From NCBI GenBank assembly GCA_016618085.1, contig JABLTG010000108.1, positions 1 through 64,000 of the forward strand: DNA of 64,000 bases. The letters are read 5' to 3'. Positions 7,329 to 20,302 of this stretch are shown here, piece after piece (the stretch's first letter is position 1; every line of letters begins with the position of its first letter). The notes under the pieces are model-generated. The model was not told the DNA's origin. It saw only the letters and a program-made list of their open reading frames with translations, and searched no databases. The DNA comes from Neovahlkampfia damariscottae (taxonomy: Eukaryota). The position numbers and the translations under genes were made by a program.

Positions 7329-10031
7329 ATGAGCGAAAAACCAACCAAGAGAAAACGAAAAGAAGAAGTCGACCAAACAAAAAAGAAAAAAATACAAAAC
7401 ATAGTTCAACAGTATGAAAACTCAAAAAAACCACGAACAATAGAAGAAACAAAAAAAATTTCAAAATTTGATGAAGAATCAAGAAAAAATCTAATTCCTG
7501 TGGAGACAAAAAAAATCATTTTTGAAGAAGAAAGTCCAGTTCCACCAAATGCATTTTCAAATCAAATTAAATCTTTAAATTTCTCAAAAGCTAAAAAACA
7601 TTCATTAAAAGAGAACTTGGAACATTTAACAAAAAAAATAGATGAACAACCAATTGAACTTGTTGACGATGAAAGTTCAGAAGATGAAGAAAATCAAGAA
7701 GTAGTGCAAATGAAATTTAAAGATACTCCAAATTACGTCGCTACTAATTTAAAAAGAAAGTTTAAAAGGTTTAAGACATTAAAAACTAAAACACCAAAAA
7801 ATGTACTCAGTTTAAAACAACTGGAAGATTTAATGTCATCAGAAGATGAAAAAGAAGATAACTTTGAAGATGGTGTCATCATTGAAGATTGTAATTCTTC
7901 AGAAAACTCAGATTCATCAGAAGACGAAAATTCTGAAAAAGAAGAAGACGAAGTGATTTCAGATGATGAAATGCTTATTGAAGAATTTGAAACAAAATCA
8001 AATTTTTCTTCATTAACAGAAAATGATGAAGAAATGAACAAAATTTTAAAATCAGAATTTGGTTTTGATTCTTTTAGATTTGGACAAAAAGAAACCATCA
8101 AAAGAATTATTTCTGACAAATCAACTTTGCTTATTCAATCAACAGGTTCAGGAAAATCATTATGTTATCAATATTCTGCTTTTGTTCTTCCATATTTAAC
8201 ACTTGTTATAACACCTTTGATTTCATTAATGAATGATCAACTTTCTCTTCTTCCAAGTTGTTTAACAGGTGGTTCTTTATACAATTCACAATCATACAAC
8301 CAAAAAAAGAAAGTTTATGAAGATGTTAAAAATGGGAAAATCAAAGTTTTATTTATTTCTCCTGAACGTTTAAATAATGATCGTTTTATTGAATTAGTTC
8401 AAAAGGAATTTCCACCAATTTCTTTTGCATGTATTGATGAAGTCCATTGCGTTTCACAATGGTCACATAATTTCAGACCATCTTATCTTCACTTGAAAAA
8501 TTTATTGCAAAACAAATTAGGAGTGAAAACAATTTTAGGATTAACAGCTACAGCAACTCATTTCTCTGAAAAATCAATTTGTGATTTATTAAATATTCCA
8601 AAAGATGGAGTTATTAGAGCGCCTCTATCAAGAGAGAATTTGAATTTAACAATTTCAAAAGGGATTGATAAATATCAAGATGTTGTGAATTTACTCAATT
8701 CTGATCGTTTTAAGAAATGTTCTTCTATCATTATTTATACTATGTTGAGAGTAAATGTTTTTTCTCATTAATTGTTTCACAGAATGATGCTGATTCACTT
8801 TCAAATTATTTAAACGTTAATGGATTTGAATCAAAGAGTTATCATGCAGGTCTTACATCATCTGAAAGAACTCAAAGACAAAAATCTTTCATTTCAAAAA
8901 AAACTAGAATCATTGTGGCAACAGTTGCTTTTGGAATGGGTATCAATGCAAAATCAGTTTCTGCTGTCATTCATTTCAGTCTTCCAAGGTCATTAGAAGG
9001 TAAAACATTTTGAACACTAAAAAAAAAATCACAAAGATTATACACAAGAAGTTGGAAGAGCTGGTAGAGATGGTCAACAAGCAGAGTGTCACATGTTTTT
9101 TAATGATGATGATTACAAAAAATTGAGAAGTTTAACTTACTCCAATGGTGTTGATTTAATAACAGTTAAGCAATTATTGATGAAAATTTTTCAATCAAAA
9201 GAAACATTTATGTCCTTCAGTATCAATAAATTTGAAATGGAATTTGATATGAAAAGAGAAATTTTATCAACTATTTTAGTAACTTTAGAAGTTGATTATG
9301 ATTATATGATCCGTTTATTACCAACAAGTAATCAAAGTTATGAATTAAATTTCATGAAATCAACACCTGATGAATTATCATCAAGATCAGATTTGATTAA
9401 AACAATCATTGAAAATTCTAAAACAAAAACATCTTCTTATGTTTTTAATATCACAAAAATATGTTCAAAAATTGGTTTAACTGTTGATCAAATTGAAGAT
9501 CAATTGAATGAATTAAAAGAAAAAGGTGAAGTCAAATATCAATCAACAGATGAATCATTCTTCATTGAAATCAAAAGAAAACCTGAAATTTTAATCGATT
9601 TAGCAAAAGAAATTACTGAAAAATTAAAAAAAATTGAAGAATCTTCAATCTTTAAATTATTTGCAATTTATAAAGTTTCTCAACAATTCTCAAATGACAC
9701 CTCAACTTCATTGAAAATCTCAGAAAAAATTGAACAATATTTCAACTCCCAAAAAGTTTTTGATGTTTCAAATTTGAAAATATTCCCATCTTTTGATGAA
9801 ATGGATCCGACACAAAAGTCATTAATCCAAGCAGATATCAAAGCATTAATCAATCAAAATGAAAACACTTTCAAAAGAGGAAGACAAATTGCAAGAATAT
9901 TTCATGGTATATCATCTCCTTGTTTTAATATGGATCAATGGAAAAATCATAAAATGTGGAATAGATATTCAAATGTTGACTTCAATTCAATTATTAAATT
10001 ATCCAATCAAATTATAGGAAATTTTAAATAA
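7329..10031 (+). CDS. RECQL4: RecQ4-like DNA helicase (introns ~8751-8782, ~9000-9036)
   Basis: STGSGKSLCYQ, DEVHCVSQWSHNFRPSYL, LGLTATAT, VATVAFGMGIN, QEVGRAGRDG, and a RECQL4-type C-terminus GRQIARIFHGISSPCF. Confidence 0.88.
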
Positions 10032-10043
10032 AAAATAATGGTT

Positions 10044-10973
10044 TTATTCTTTATTTTGAGTATATACAATGACGTCGGAAAATGTCATCGTTCCTTGATC
10101 CCATGGGACTAATTTCAAATACATTTTGTTCTTTTTGAAAAATAATTCAAATGTTAATCCCTTTTCTTCAAAATATCTCAATTTTTCCAGTGCCTCTTCG
10201 TTTCCATTTGAATAGGCATAATGATAACAATCATATGCTCCTTCAAAATCTTCATATTCTGTTTCCAATATCAGAGCAACGTTGTATTGAGCTTCAGTGC
10301 AACCTTGAAGAGCAGACTTTTGAGTCCATTCGAGGGCTTTTTGAGGATTCTTTTGAACACCTTCTCCCTTTAAATAACAAATCCCTAAATTACTTTGAGC
10401 TGTTGGATTACCATCATAGGCAGCAGTTTCAAATAATGAAAATCCACGAAACAAATCTTTCTTAACTCCAAAACCATGTTTATAACAAAACCCAAGGTTA
10501 TTCTGAGCACTTGAGTTATTCTGAGATGATGATCTTGTGTACCAATAAACAGCTTGTTTTAAATCTTGATCCTCTGGATCTTTTGGAAATTGGTAATGAA
10601 AACCTAAATTATTTTGAGCTTCTGCGTTTCCTTCATTGGCAGAGATAGAATAAAGTTCTTTAGCTTTTATATAATTGTCCAATTTTTCATAAGTTCTGGC
10701 CAGAATGAAAGTATCAAAGCTGTTTTGAGTTTTAACTTGGAAAATTTTCTCTAATTCTTTAAGTTCACAAAATCCGAGGTGAACTTTCGCATTTAGTTTA
10801 AAGTACAACACCACAACATTATCTTCTGAATATCCTTCACAAAATTCTAAAATCTTTTGCCACGAAGAGAGTTTCTTGCGCACTTCATCTAAAAATTGGT
10901 GATTGTTGAAACTTGTGTTTTTCTTTTGCTCAGGAAATGCCACGGATAGCTCCTCTAACTTTCTCTTTGTCAT
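10044..10973 (-). CDS. Sel1-like repeat protein
   Basis: Repeated AQNNLGFxY..G.GV.KD...A..WY..AA..G motifs. Confidence 0.9.
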   Translation of the reverse strand: MTKRKLEELSVAFPEQKKNTSFNNHQFLDEVRKKLSSWQKILEFCEGYSEDNVVVLYFKLNAKVHLGFCELKELEKIFQVKTQNSFDTFILARTYEKLDNYIKAKELYSISANEGNAEAQNNLGFHYQFPKDPEDQDLKQAVYWYTRSSSQNNSSAQNNLGFCYKHGFGVKKDLFRGFSLFETAAYDGNPTAQSNLGICYLKGEGVQKNPQKALEWTQKSALQGCTEAQYNVALILETEYEDFEGAYDCYHYAYSNGNEEALEKLRYFEEKGLTFELFFKKNKMYLKLVPWDQGTMTFSDVIVYTQNKE

Positions 10974-11247
10974 CAGTTGTTGAAAAAATAGTGATCGTTG
11001 ATGAGAGGAGAATTTATTGTTAATGAAGTAATGTTATGAAACAAATCAGGTAAATTATAGAACTAAATTTGGATACGCTTATATCAGAAAATTTCCATTA
11101 GGAAATTTGATCCAAATAGGGAGATTCAAATTAGACATTTTGAGAACAAAGTTGTCCAAAATAAGAGTAGAATATTATTGGACAAGTACTACGCAGTTGT
11201 TATTGGTTTATTAATTTTCCTGAATCTTGGATAATTTATTGGTATTT

Positions 11248-11721
11248 ATGAGCTCAAACGAAGCAAATTCTTTTGGTTTTGCTGTCATGGTAAAAACTGA
11301 TTGCCCTCACCTTGAACAGCATGTAAATTTTGATTTGGTTGACAACAATTCAACTCTCCAAAAAAAATGTAAAAAAAAATAAAAAAAATGACAAATAGTG
11401 TCTGATCCATGCTCTTATTGTGACTCAAAAGAAGAAAACTGGATGTGTTTAAAATGTGGTGATGTTTGTTGTTCGAGATATGTCAATGGAGACATGAAAA
11501 AACACGGAACAGAAAAAAATCATAATGTTGGAATTAGTTTTTCAGATATGTCTGTTTGGTGCTATGAATGTAATGAATATATTGATAACAAAGAGTCAAA
11601 CTTTCAAAAATTGCTCCAAATAATAAAAGACTCAAAATTTCCACCCGAAAATGAAGAAGCACAAAAAGCATTGGAAGAAGAAAATGAAAAATTATTATAT
11701 TTTTTGAATTCAAAAAAATAA
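11248..11721 (+). CDS. Stand-alone ZnF-UBP (HDAC6-type ubiquitin-binding) protein; intron 11369-11398
   Basis: Spliced product has CPHL..CSYC..ENWMCLKCGDVCCSRYVNGDM..H...H..SFSDMSVWCYECNEY. Confidence 0.85.
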
Positions 11722-11786
11722 AAAATTTTTCTAAACTCAATTATTGGTTGAAGAAAATTGTCCAATTAAAAAGTCAAAATTCTACA

Positions 11787-13550
11787 ATGAACAATTTTGT
11801 TGAGAGAACAAAAGAGTTTTGGTTCAAGTATTCACCCAAACTTTTTTCAATTTTTAAATCAAACAAATGGGAATATACACTTGACAAATCTGAAACATGT
11901 AGAAATCATGTGTATTCACTTTTTTCAGAACAAATTTATAATTCAGTTGAGATAACCATTGGAGTAAAAAAAGAACAAAAAAAATTTTGTAATTTTTCTT
12001 AGATTATTTTAGAGAATACTTCACCTTCAAATTTACATTCTTATTTAGAAAATGTTTTTAAAGAACTTGATGAATTATCGTCAAATCCAAAAATTGAAAA
12101 TGCAGTTCATCAACAAAGAATATTACTTTTGACAATTACATGTATCACTTTAAATGATATTTTATTTGTTAATCTACTTTCACTCTTAGAAGAAGCTTCA
12201 GAACAATTAGAATTTTGGACAGATGAAAAAGTACATCCTTACAGAAATATAATTGAAACAGGTCCTTTTCAATTTATAGGAAATTTATTCACAAATTTTT
12301 ATTGTTCAATTTTTGGTATAAAGCAAAAAAAAAAAATTAAAAATACAATTAAAATGAAAATTGAAGTGTTAAAAGACTTTCAAAGTACAATTGCAACTCA
12401 TTTAGGAAGATTAAGAAGAATGAACGCTAATTTTAAAGATATCAATAATTCAGATCATTTAATGACTTATGTTCAAGATTGTTTTCAGAATAATTCAGCT
12501 TTTTTTGAATTATTTGATGATCGTTTAAAGATATCATTGAATGATAAAATTGAAATTAAAATAATTTCTGAATTTTGTAATTCATTGGAGTATTTTAAAA
12601 AAATGTCAAAATCTGAAATTATGATAACAAAACCACCAAGTTATTTTAGAAGAAAATGGCTTCAAACTACAATTTCTGTTGGTGTATCAGGGCTGATTGG
12701 TTATTATGTTTATCATCATCAAACTGAAATTACGAATTGGGCTGTTAAAGCAAAAGATTCAATTTTAGATTTTTTTCAAGAACATTTGGTTGAACCATTT
12801 CAAAGTATAATTAAAACAGTTTTGAAATCTTATCAAAAATCAATTTTCAATCCAGAAGAGTTGAAAAATGCAAAAGAGAGTATGCAAAGAATGTTGATCG
12901 ATATTGGAACTGAATTAAATAATCACGTGACTCCAGAAGAACTACAATCCATTATCATGAAAGCAGAGAAAAATGACGTTACTATCTTCTCGGAAAATTA
13001 TGAAAATGAAATTAAAAAACCTGTCAAAAATTTATTCGTTGGAAATATTGTCAGAATGTTATTGATTCAAATTCAAAGAATCAACGTTAGCTTTTTAGAA
13101 ATCATGAGAGAATTTGATTCAGTTATGGCACAAAATCAAATTAATCTCGATATTTTAGCGACTATTCCAGTTTTGATTGGTGGAATAGCATTTTCATCAT
13201 GGATAAGAAATATATTAAAATCATCTGGTGTTAGACCTGATGAATATGAAAATATTTCATTAAATTTACGAGATATTGAAATTATTTTGAATAGAAATTG
13301 CCCAAAGGACAATGTTAGTTCAATTGTCACCGACGAGGATGCAGGATTTTTAATCTCAAAAGTTTTGTTGATTGAAAAATGGTTAATTCAAGCAGGTGAA
13401 CAAGAAAAAGTGAACAAAATGTTCATGTCAGATTTGAAAGAAATTGATTCGACAAATTTTACTGTTCAACAAAAATTGAGAGTTATTTGGAGGATGATTA
13501 GAACCCCTGAGTATGCACATATTTTAAAAAAAAAATCATCTTGGCTTTGA
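11787..13550 (+). CDS. NCA2: NCA2 (nuclear control of ATPase 2)-like mitochondrial membrane protein; intron 11964-12002
   Basis: KPPSYFRRKW, FFQEHLVEPFQSI, YENEIKKPVKNLFVGNIVRMLLIQIQR..FDSVMAQNQINLDILATIP, two TM segments. Confidence 0.7.
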
Positions 13551-13613
13551 ATAAAATGTAAAAAAATTTTGTTGTTTTTTCATTGGTTGTTCATTTTTTT
13601 TTTTATCAATTCG

Positions 13614-14534
13614 ATGCTGACGGTTTGTTCTTTTTTTTATTAAAATTTGAAGTTGTCCACTTTGATATCTCTATTCAGTCTATTAAGTTATAAATTTTTT
13701 CGAACTTTGTTTTCAGAGTACGTTCTGAGGAGGCAAGTGAAAATTGGAAGACCTGCAATTTCAATTGAAAAAAGTTTACAACCAACAGATCCAAAAGAAG
13801 AAAAGCGACAATTAACTTTATCAAGACAAAAAAGGGCTCTTTCTGTAGAATTTTTCTTTTTTAATTTTTTTTCAGGATTTCTTCAGAGATACAGGAGGAA
13901 AAATAACGGATATGAGAGTTTTAAGAAGTGCAATGTTTTTAAGTGATGAAATTGATAGAGCTGTTCGTGGAATTGATCTACCTGACCAAAATATTGGATA
14001 CAGACAATACAATCGTTTCTACGCTGAAGGAACAGAAGAATTATTCACAAATATACCAACTGGAAGATCACCTTTAGTTTTAGCTGCTCCAAAAATACCA
14101 GAAGGTACTAAATTTACAGAAGTATCAAAAGATAAACCATTACCAATTGAATACCAATCGATGAGAAGGTCACATTTGAAACAAGTCGGTCGTAGTTTGG
14201 ATTTGATTGAAAAATCTCAATTAAAGAATTTACAATCAAATGGCAACCAAGTTGATGAAAAACCAAAAATCATTGAAATTAAAAAAGACAAAGTTATAAT
14301 TCCAAAAAATGTTGGAACTTATAAACCTAAAGTATCCAATGATTTGAAAGTAGGATTGTATCAACCATTTGATCCAAAGGACAAATCAACAATTAAACAG
14401 AGGTTATTAAAATTTGAAGGAGAAATTTCTGACAGAAGACCTGACTATGATTACAAATTGGATGATTTTGAAAATTGATAATTGAAGATAGCTTAGATAT
14501 TGACGAATCCAAGTTCACTTATGAACATTTTTGA
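13614..14534 (+). CDS. Hypothetical protein, spliced (introns ~13623-13652, ~13845-13875); probable one-base frame break at ~14474 extending the C-terminus to 14534
   Basis: GT-AG joins restore the frame between the 13647 and 13912 ORFs. The -1 frame after the TGA reads LIIEDSLDIDESKFTYEHF*. Confidence 0.55.
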
Positions 14535-14682
14535 TAAAAATTAAAATTAAACTCCAAAAATTTATTTGAACCATTTTCAACTATGCAATTCTGACCAATA
14601 AAATCCAATCCTCTTTTCAATTGGACGGTTATTTTTAGAGAGAGAAAAAAAAAGCAAAATTAGTCAAGAAAATAAAACACCG

Positions 14683-15804
14683 ATGAACCAAAAAGAGGTG
14701 AAAAAGAAACCTCAAAAAAAAACTAAGAAATTCAAACCAAGTAATTTGCAACTTGAAACAAAACCAAGAAACAAAAGTATTGGAGAAGAAATTAAACATT
14801 ACAAAACTTCAAAATTAACAGTTGATGATATAAAATGGGGCCAAAAATTAGGTTCAGGTGCACAAGGATGCGTCAAAAAATGTGAAGTCAATGGAAAAAT
14901 TCTTGCTTGTAAAATATTACCAGTTTCAGAAGATAAACAAGTCAGAAAAAATGCAATGAATGAATTAAGAACATTATTTCAACTCAAACATACAAACGTT
15001 GTTCCTCTTCATGTAATAATTCATCTTTTTTTTTTTAATTTTCGTAAAAGGATATTTTTTGTTATGAAGAATGTTTGTACTTGTTAATGGAATACTGTGA
15101 TTGTGGTTCATTGGACAAGATTTTAGAAATTACAAAAACAATGCCTGAGTTTGTAATTTCAAAAATTGCAAAACACGTATTGAAAGGATTAGATTACATT
15201 CATCACAACAAATGGTATGTGTTAAAATTTTTTTTTTTAACTTATTTAAAAAAGTGTCCATCGTGATATTAAACCAGGCAATATACTTTTAAATAAATAT
15301 GGTGATGTAAAAATAGCAGATTTTGGAATGGTTGGATCTAATCAAACTATCTATTCAACTTATCAAGGAACTTTTCATTTCATGTCACCTGAAAGATTAA
15401 GAGGAGAAGTACATTCATTCAATAGTGATATTTGGAGTTTAGGTTTAACTTTAGGAAACTGTGCTATAGGTAAATTTCCAATGGAGTTAAAAGAAGATAA
15501 TCCTTTATGGGAAATGATGATGTCAATGCAAGAACAACAAGAATGTAATCTTTTAATGGATGAAAAAGATTTTTCAGTTGAATTTTATGATTTTATTAAA
15601 CATTGTTTAATTATTGACCCAAAATTAAGACCATCAGCCGAAGAATTATTAGAACATGGATTTATCACAAAATACGAAAAATCTGAAATGTCACTTGGAA
15701 GATGGTTAGATTTGAATTATGTTCAAGTTGTCAAGAAAAGAAAACAAAAACAAAACTTGAAGCATCAACAAGAAACAGTAAAGACTGAAAATATAAAAAC
15801 GTGA
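14683..15804 (+). CDS. MAP kinase kinase (STE7 family), 2 introns
   Basis: LGSGAQG, ACK, MEYCDCGSLD, spliced VHRDIKPGN, KIADFG, GTFHFMSPERL, SDIWSLGLT. Confidence 0.88.
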
Positions 15805-15981
15805 AAAATGGGTAAAGGGTAAAATTATTGATTATAGATCAAAAAGAAATTGATTTAAAAAAATAAAAAAATAAAAAAGTCGTGTCATTCAAACTTAAAT
15901 TTTGTCCAATAAGAACATAATAAAATTTGATTGGTTTGTTTTCTAACGATTTAACGTTTAATTTAGTCACGAACATAACAC

Positions 15982-17115
15982 ATGAGCAATTTGTTAAGAA
16001 GTTTAGTTTCAAAAAAGAAAAAAAGGTTTAAAGAAGATGGATTTGATTTAGACTTGACATGTAAGTAACTCAAGTCAAGATTTATTGACTATTTTTTTGA
16101 ATTAGACATTGAACCAAATATAATAGCAATGGGTTATCCATGCCAGAATTATGAAAAAATATTTAGAAATTCAATGGTAGATGTAAAAAAGTAATTATAA
16201 AAACAAGTTTAACAAAAAAAAAGATTTTTAGAGAAAAGACATCCGGGTGGTTATAAACTTTGGAATTTATGTGCTGAACGTAAACATATGTACGATTATT
16301 CATATTTCAACGATATGGTTGAAGACAATTTTACTTTTTATGATCATGAAGCTCCTGAATGGAATACTATTATACCGTTTTGTCAAAATGTTGATGAATG
16401 GTTAGAAAAAGATAAAAAGAACGTAGCAATTATACATTGTAAAGCTGGTAAAGGAAGAACAGGAACATTTATAGCAAGTTACATGTTATATTCAAAATTA
16501 TTCAAGACAGCTCCTGAAAGTTTGAAACATTATGCAGAAGAAAGAACATTAAATAAAAAAGGTGTAACGATACCAAGTCAAAAAAGATATGTTTATTATT
16601 TGGATAAATATCTCTCAAATAATAATAAAACACCTTATAAAAATCAAAAACTAAAATTAAAATCTGTAAAATTAGAACCAGCACCGTTATTCAAATCAGA
16701 CGGTATTATGTTTGAAATTCAAGATTTTGGTAAAAATGTTGTTTTGGATTCAGTAAAAAAAAAAATAATAATTTTTTAACTTTTAAAGAAAGTTTTGAGT
16801 TATACACCTGGAGTAGGTTGTCTTGATTTTCAAATGGATAAGGACAACTGTTTGAAAGGAGATTATAAATTACTTGTAAAATCAAAAAAAGGAAAATCCA
16901 AAGAAAAAATATTCGCTCTTTGGTTTAATTCTGAATTTTGTGATACAAAAGTTGAATTTACAAAAGAAGAGTTGGATAAAGGATATAAAGATTGTAAGAA
17001 ACATCACTTATACGATAAAGACTTCAAAGTCACTTTAAATTTTGAATCATTAGAAATTGAAAAAGAAGATGACGGAGATGATAAAAAAATTGAACAAATA
17101 TCAATTGAAAAATAA
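15982..17115 (+). CDS. PTEN: PTEN phosphoinositide phosphatase with C2 domain, 3 introns
   Basis: LVSKKKKRFKEDGFDLDLTYI, HCKAGKGRTG, KGVTIPSQKRYV. Confidence 0.93.
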
Positions 17116-17195
17116 ATGTTTGGTATTATTTTTACCATTTGATTGGCCATTATTTTCAACCAATTGCTTTTTTCTTTTTTTTGTTCTTGGCGAAA

Positions 17196-18746
17196 ATGGA
17201 AGAGAAAGAAAAAACTTCCTCTTTACGAGATTTCATCAAAAAAATTCCAAATACAAAGTAAAACAACTTTTCATAAACACCTCAAAGGTTTATCGTTGAT
17301 GGTTTCACTGTCAAAAAAAAAGAAGAATTTCAATGGTGGTTTTTGAGTCATTTTCATGCAGATCATTATGGTGGAATTACAAAAAATAAATGGAAACATG
17401 GTACTATTGTTTGTACAGAATCAACTAAAAATTTAATAAAACTGAAGTTTGGAAAAGGTCATGAAGACAACATCAAAGTGTTGGAAAGTAAAAAAAAAAA
17501 AACAAAAGTAACTTTATTAGTAAATGAAAAGTACATCATTGATAATGTCGGAATAACTTTTTTTGATGCTAATCATTGGTTTGAAAAAAACAATTTTTTT
17601 TAACATTTTGTTCTCAGTCCAGGTTAGTTTTTTTTAAAAATTTAGTTTTTCAAAATTTCAATAGGAAGTGTTATTATACTTTTTGAATTGCCAAATGATG
17701 AAATTTATCTCCATACAGGTGATTTTCGATTTTCAAAAGAAAAGTTTCTGGAGTACCCAAAACTGAGGGAATTACAAGATAAAAAGATAAATGGTGTCTT
17801 CTTAGATACAACTTATTGCAATCCACAATACGTTTTACCAACTCAAGAAAATGTTCTTGATGTCATTTCAACATTTGTCAAGAATCGAATGAAGAGCAAC
17901 ACTTTATTTGTTATAGGATCATATACTATTGGAAAAGAAAGAATTTGTGAAGCTATTGCAAATTTGTGTCATTGTAAGATATTTGTAACACCAGAAAAAT
18001 ATCAGATTTTACTTTGCTTAGGATTACCTTATATAGATATTTTCACAACAAACCCAAACACTACAAATGTTCATTTTGTCAATATGTTTGATATTTCATT
18101 TGGTAGATTAGCTAATCTATTCAAACATTATGGGAAATTGTATCATGAAATAATTGGAATTAAACCGACTGGATGGACGAATAATAAATCAAAATTGGAA
18201 TTGGAAGTACAAAAGAAAGGAAAAATATCATTAGTTGAAGTACCATATTCAGAACATTCAGCTTTTAATGAATTACGTGATTTTTGTGAAACATTTGACA
18301 CATCAAATATCATTCCAACTGTAAACATCAATCAATCAAAAACCCAAATTTTTTATTTAAAAGAATATGATTATATTCATAAAAAATCAGAATTAAAATT
18401 GAAAAAAGAAGAAACTTCAACTACCAGATCTCTATTTGACTTTTCTTTTTTGTTTCGAAAAAAAAAAGAGAAAGAAGACACATTTGACATTAAAATTGAA
18501 AAATCTGTGGTTGAAAATACTGTTTCAAACAAAGATAGTGTGGAGGTTAAAAAAGTGGAGATTTCAAAAAAACAAGAAATTTCAATCAAAACAGAACATG
18601 TAGAAGTTGTTGATTTAGTTGAAATTGAAGAAAAATCAACAATGAAAAGAAAAAGACCTTTTGGTGATGTTAAATTAAAAAAAACAAAAAAATTGAAATT
18701 ACCTCCTCAAACTACAACACTTGATCGTTTTTTCAAAAAGAAATAA
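17196..18746 (+). CDS. SNM1/PSO2-like DNA cross-link repair metallo-beta-lactamase/beta-CASP nuclease (4 introns, 5-nt microexon)
   Basis: FLSHFHADHY, spliced DANHCPGS, LHTGDFR, LDTTYCNP, GSYTIGKE, PTGW, VPYSEHS; C-terminal PIP-like QTTTLDRFF. Confidence 0.9.
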
Positions 18747-18787
18747 ATAATTTATTTTATCCAATCATTTCTCAATAACCTTCAACT

Positions 18788-19411
18788 ATGAACTTTTTTC
18801 AAGTACAACTAACTGGTGGAGACAAAACACAAAATATTTATTTTGAACAAGAACAAATTAATAGTTACAAACTTTATGAATTGTATAGTAAAAAGGTTAA
18901 CCTACCAGTTGAAGATTTTTATTTCATAAATCAAGAAGGAAAAATTCAAAAAATAAATTCAGAAATGACCTTAGAAAAACAAAACTATTTGAATGTAAGA
19001 TTTAGAATTTTAGGTGGTAAAGGTGGTTTTGGAGCAAATTTAAAAAAACAAGGAAGAAAAAAAAAAGTTACAAATTTTAATGCTTGTCGTGATTTAAATG
19101 GAAGAAGAGTTCGTGATATTATCAATGAACAAAATGCTGCTGCTAATGCTGATAAAGAACCAGAAAAAACACCTGCAGAATTGAAAAGAGAAAAAGAAAA
19201 AGAAGAGAAAGCACTCAAAGATAAAATAGAAAAATATAAAAGAATGGATGAACAAGAGACAAAATTAAAAGAAATTAATGAAAAAACTACTAATGCTGTC
19301 CAAAATGCTTTGAAAAAACAAAAAGTTGAAAAAACCAAAAAAATGGAACAAGCAAAAAAGAAATCTGTTTACATGTCTCATTTCGATGATGATTCTGAAG
19401 ATGAAAAATGA
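18788..19411 (+). CDS. SDE2: SDE2 homolog (ubiquitin-fold with GG|KGG cleavage site)
   Basis: RILGGKGGFGANLK..NFNACRDLNGRRVRDI. Confidence 0.9.
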   Translation: MNFFQVQLTGGDKTQNIYFEQEQINSYKLYELYSKKVNLPVEDFYFINQEGKIQKINSEMTLEKQNYLNVRFRILGGKGGFGANLKKQGRKKKVTNFNACRDLNGRRVRDIINEQNAAANADKEPEKTPAELKREKEKEEKALKDKIEKYKRMDEQETKLKEINEKTTNAVQNALKKQKVEKTKKMEQAKKKSVYMSHFDDDSEDEK

Positions 19412-19498
19412 AATTTATTTTATAACAAATGTATTTTCTTCTATTTGGAAAAAATGGATTGAAAAAAGATAGATTCTTATTTGATAAAAAAAATTCAG

Positions 19499-19571
19499 TG
19501 GACCACTAGGGAATCGAACCCTAGACCTCCTGCTTGCAAAGCAGGCGCTCTACCAACTGAGCTAGAAGCCC
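19499..19571 (-). tRNA. tRNA-Ala (anticodon UGC)
   Basis: GGGCTTCTAGCTCAGTTGGTAGAGCGCCTGCTTTGCAAGCAGGAGGTCTAGGGTTCGATTCCCTAGTGGTCCA: cloverleaf, G3:U70, downstream T-run Pol III terminator. Confidence 0.95.
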
Positions 19572-19684
19572 TTTGATGTCTTCAATTCTGAGGTGGAGGT
19601 ACGATCTATTAATGTTGAATTATCAAAAATTCTAATTTAATTCAACATCTGCAATTTATGCTGTCCACAAATAAAAAAAGTCCA

Positions 19685-20298
19685 ATGTTCATCAAAAAAG
19701 AATCTAAAGAAAAGATTGAAATACTCTCAAGAAAAATTTCACAACAACAATCAGCGATATCTCTTCTTGAAGTAAAAATATAATTTATGTTTTAGTTTTC
19801 CAGTTAGAATTGAAAGAAGCAAAAAGAATTATTTCTAAATTGCAATTATCAAAGGAAGAATATGATGATTTGAAATTTCAAAAGCAGAATCTTTCAAATA
19901 AATTGATCAAAGTGTACAAAGAAAACCTCACAAGACAGGAAGAAGAAAAGAAATGCAGAGTTCAAATCAAGAATTTGCTTGAAGAAAACGACATTTTAAA
20001 GAAGCACCAAAAAATCATTGACAAATTGAAAACAATAGTACAAGGGAAACCTGAAAGGGACCTCAAAACCTCTTATGAAAAAATGAAGAAAATCTTGATT
20101 TTGGAATACCAAAAGAAGGAGATTCCAAGAGAAAAAATGTTCTCAGATTTGAAAGAAATGAGAAAATTCTCTCAACAAAGAAGAGATTCCACCTTGAATC
20201 TTGAAAATTTGAAAGATAAATACGAACAACTAGAAACGTTTTCAAGTTTAAATAAGAAAAGAATTCATTCAAGAACTGCTTCTGTAAATTTCAAATGA
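19685..20298 (+). CDS. Coiled-coil hypothetical protein; intron 19772-19803
   Basis: ATG at 19685 joins in frame to the 19810 ORF. K/E/L heptad-rich sequence. Confidence 0.6.
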
Positions 20299-20302
20299 AG
20301 AT

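Noticed and set aside
7733..8119. Ser-rich antisense ORF (similar ones at 18985-19338, 41329-41640 and 54192-54563)
   Set aside because: These are antisense shadows of acidic, Lys-rich or Pro-rich coding regions.
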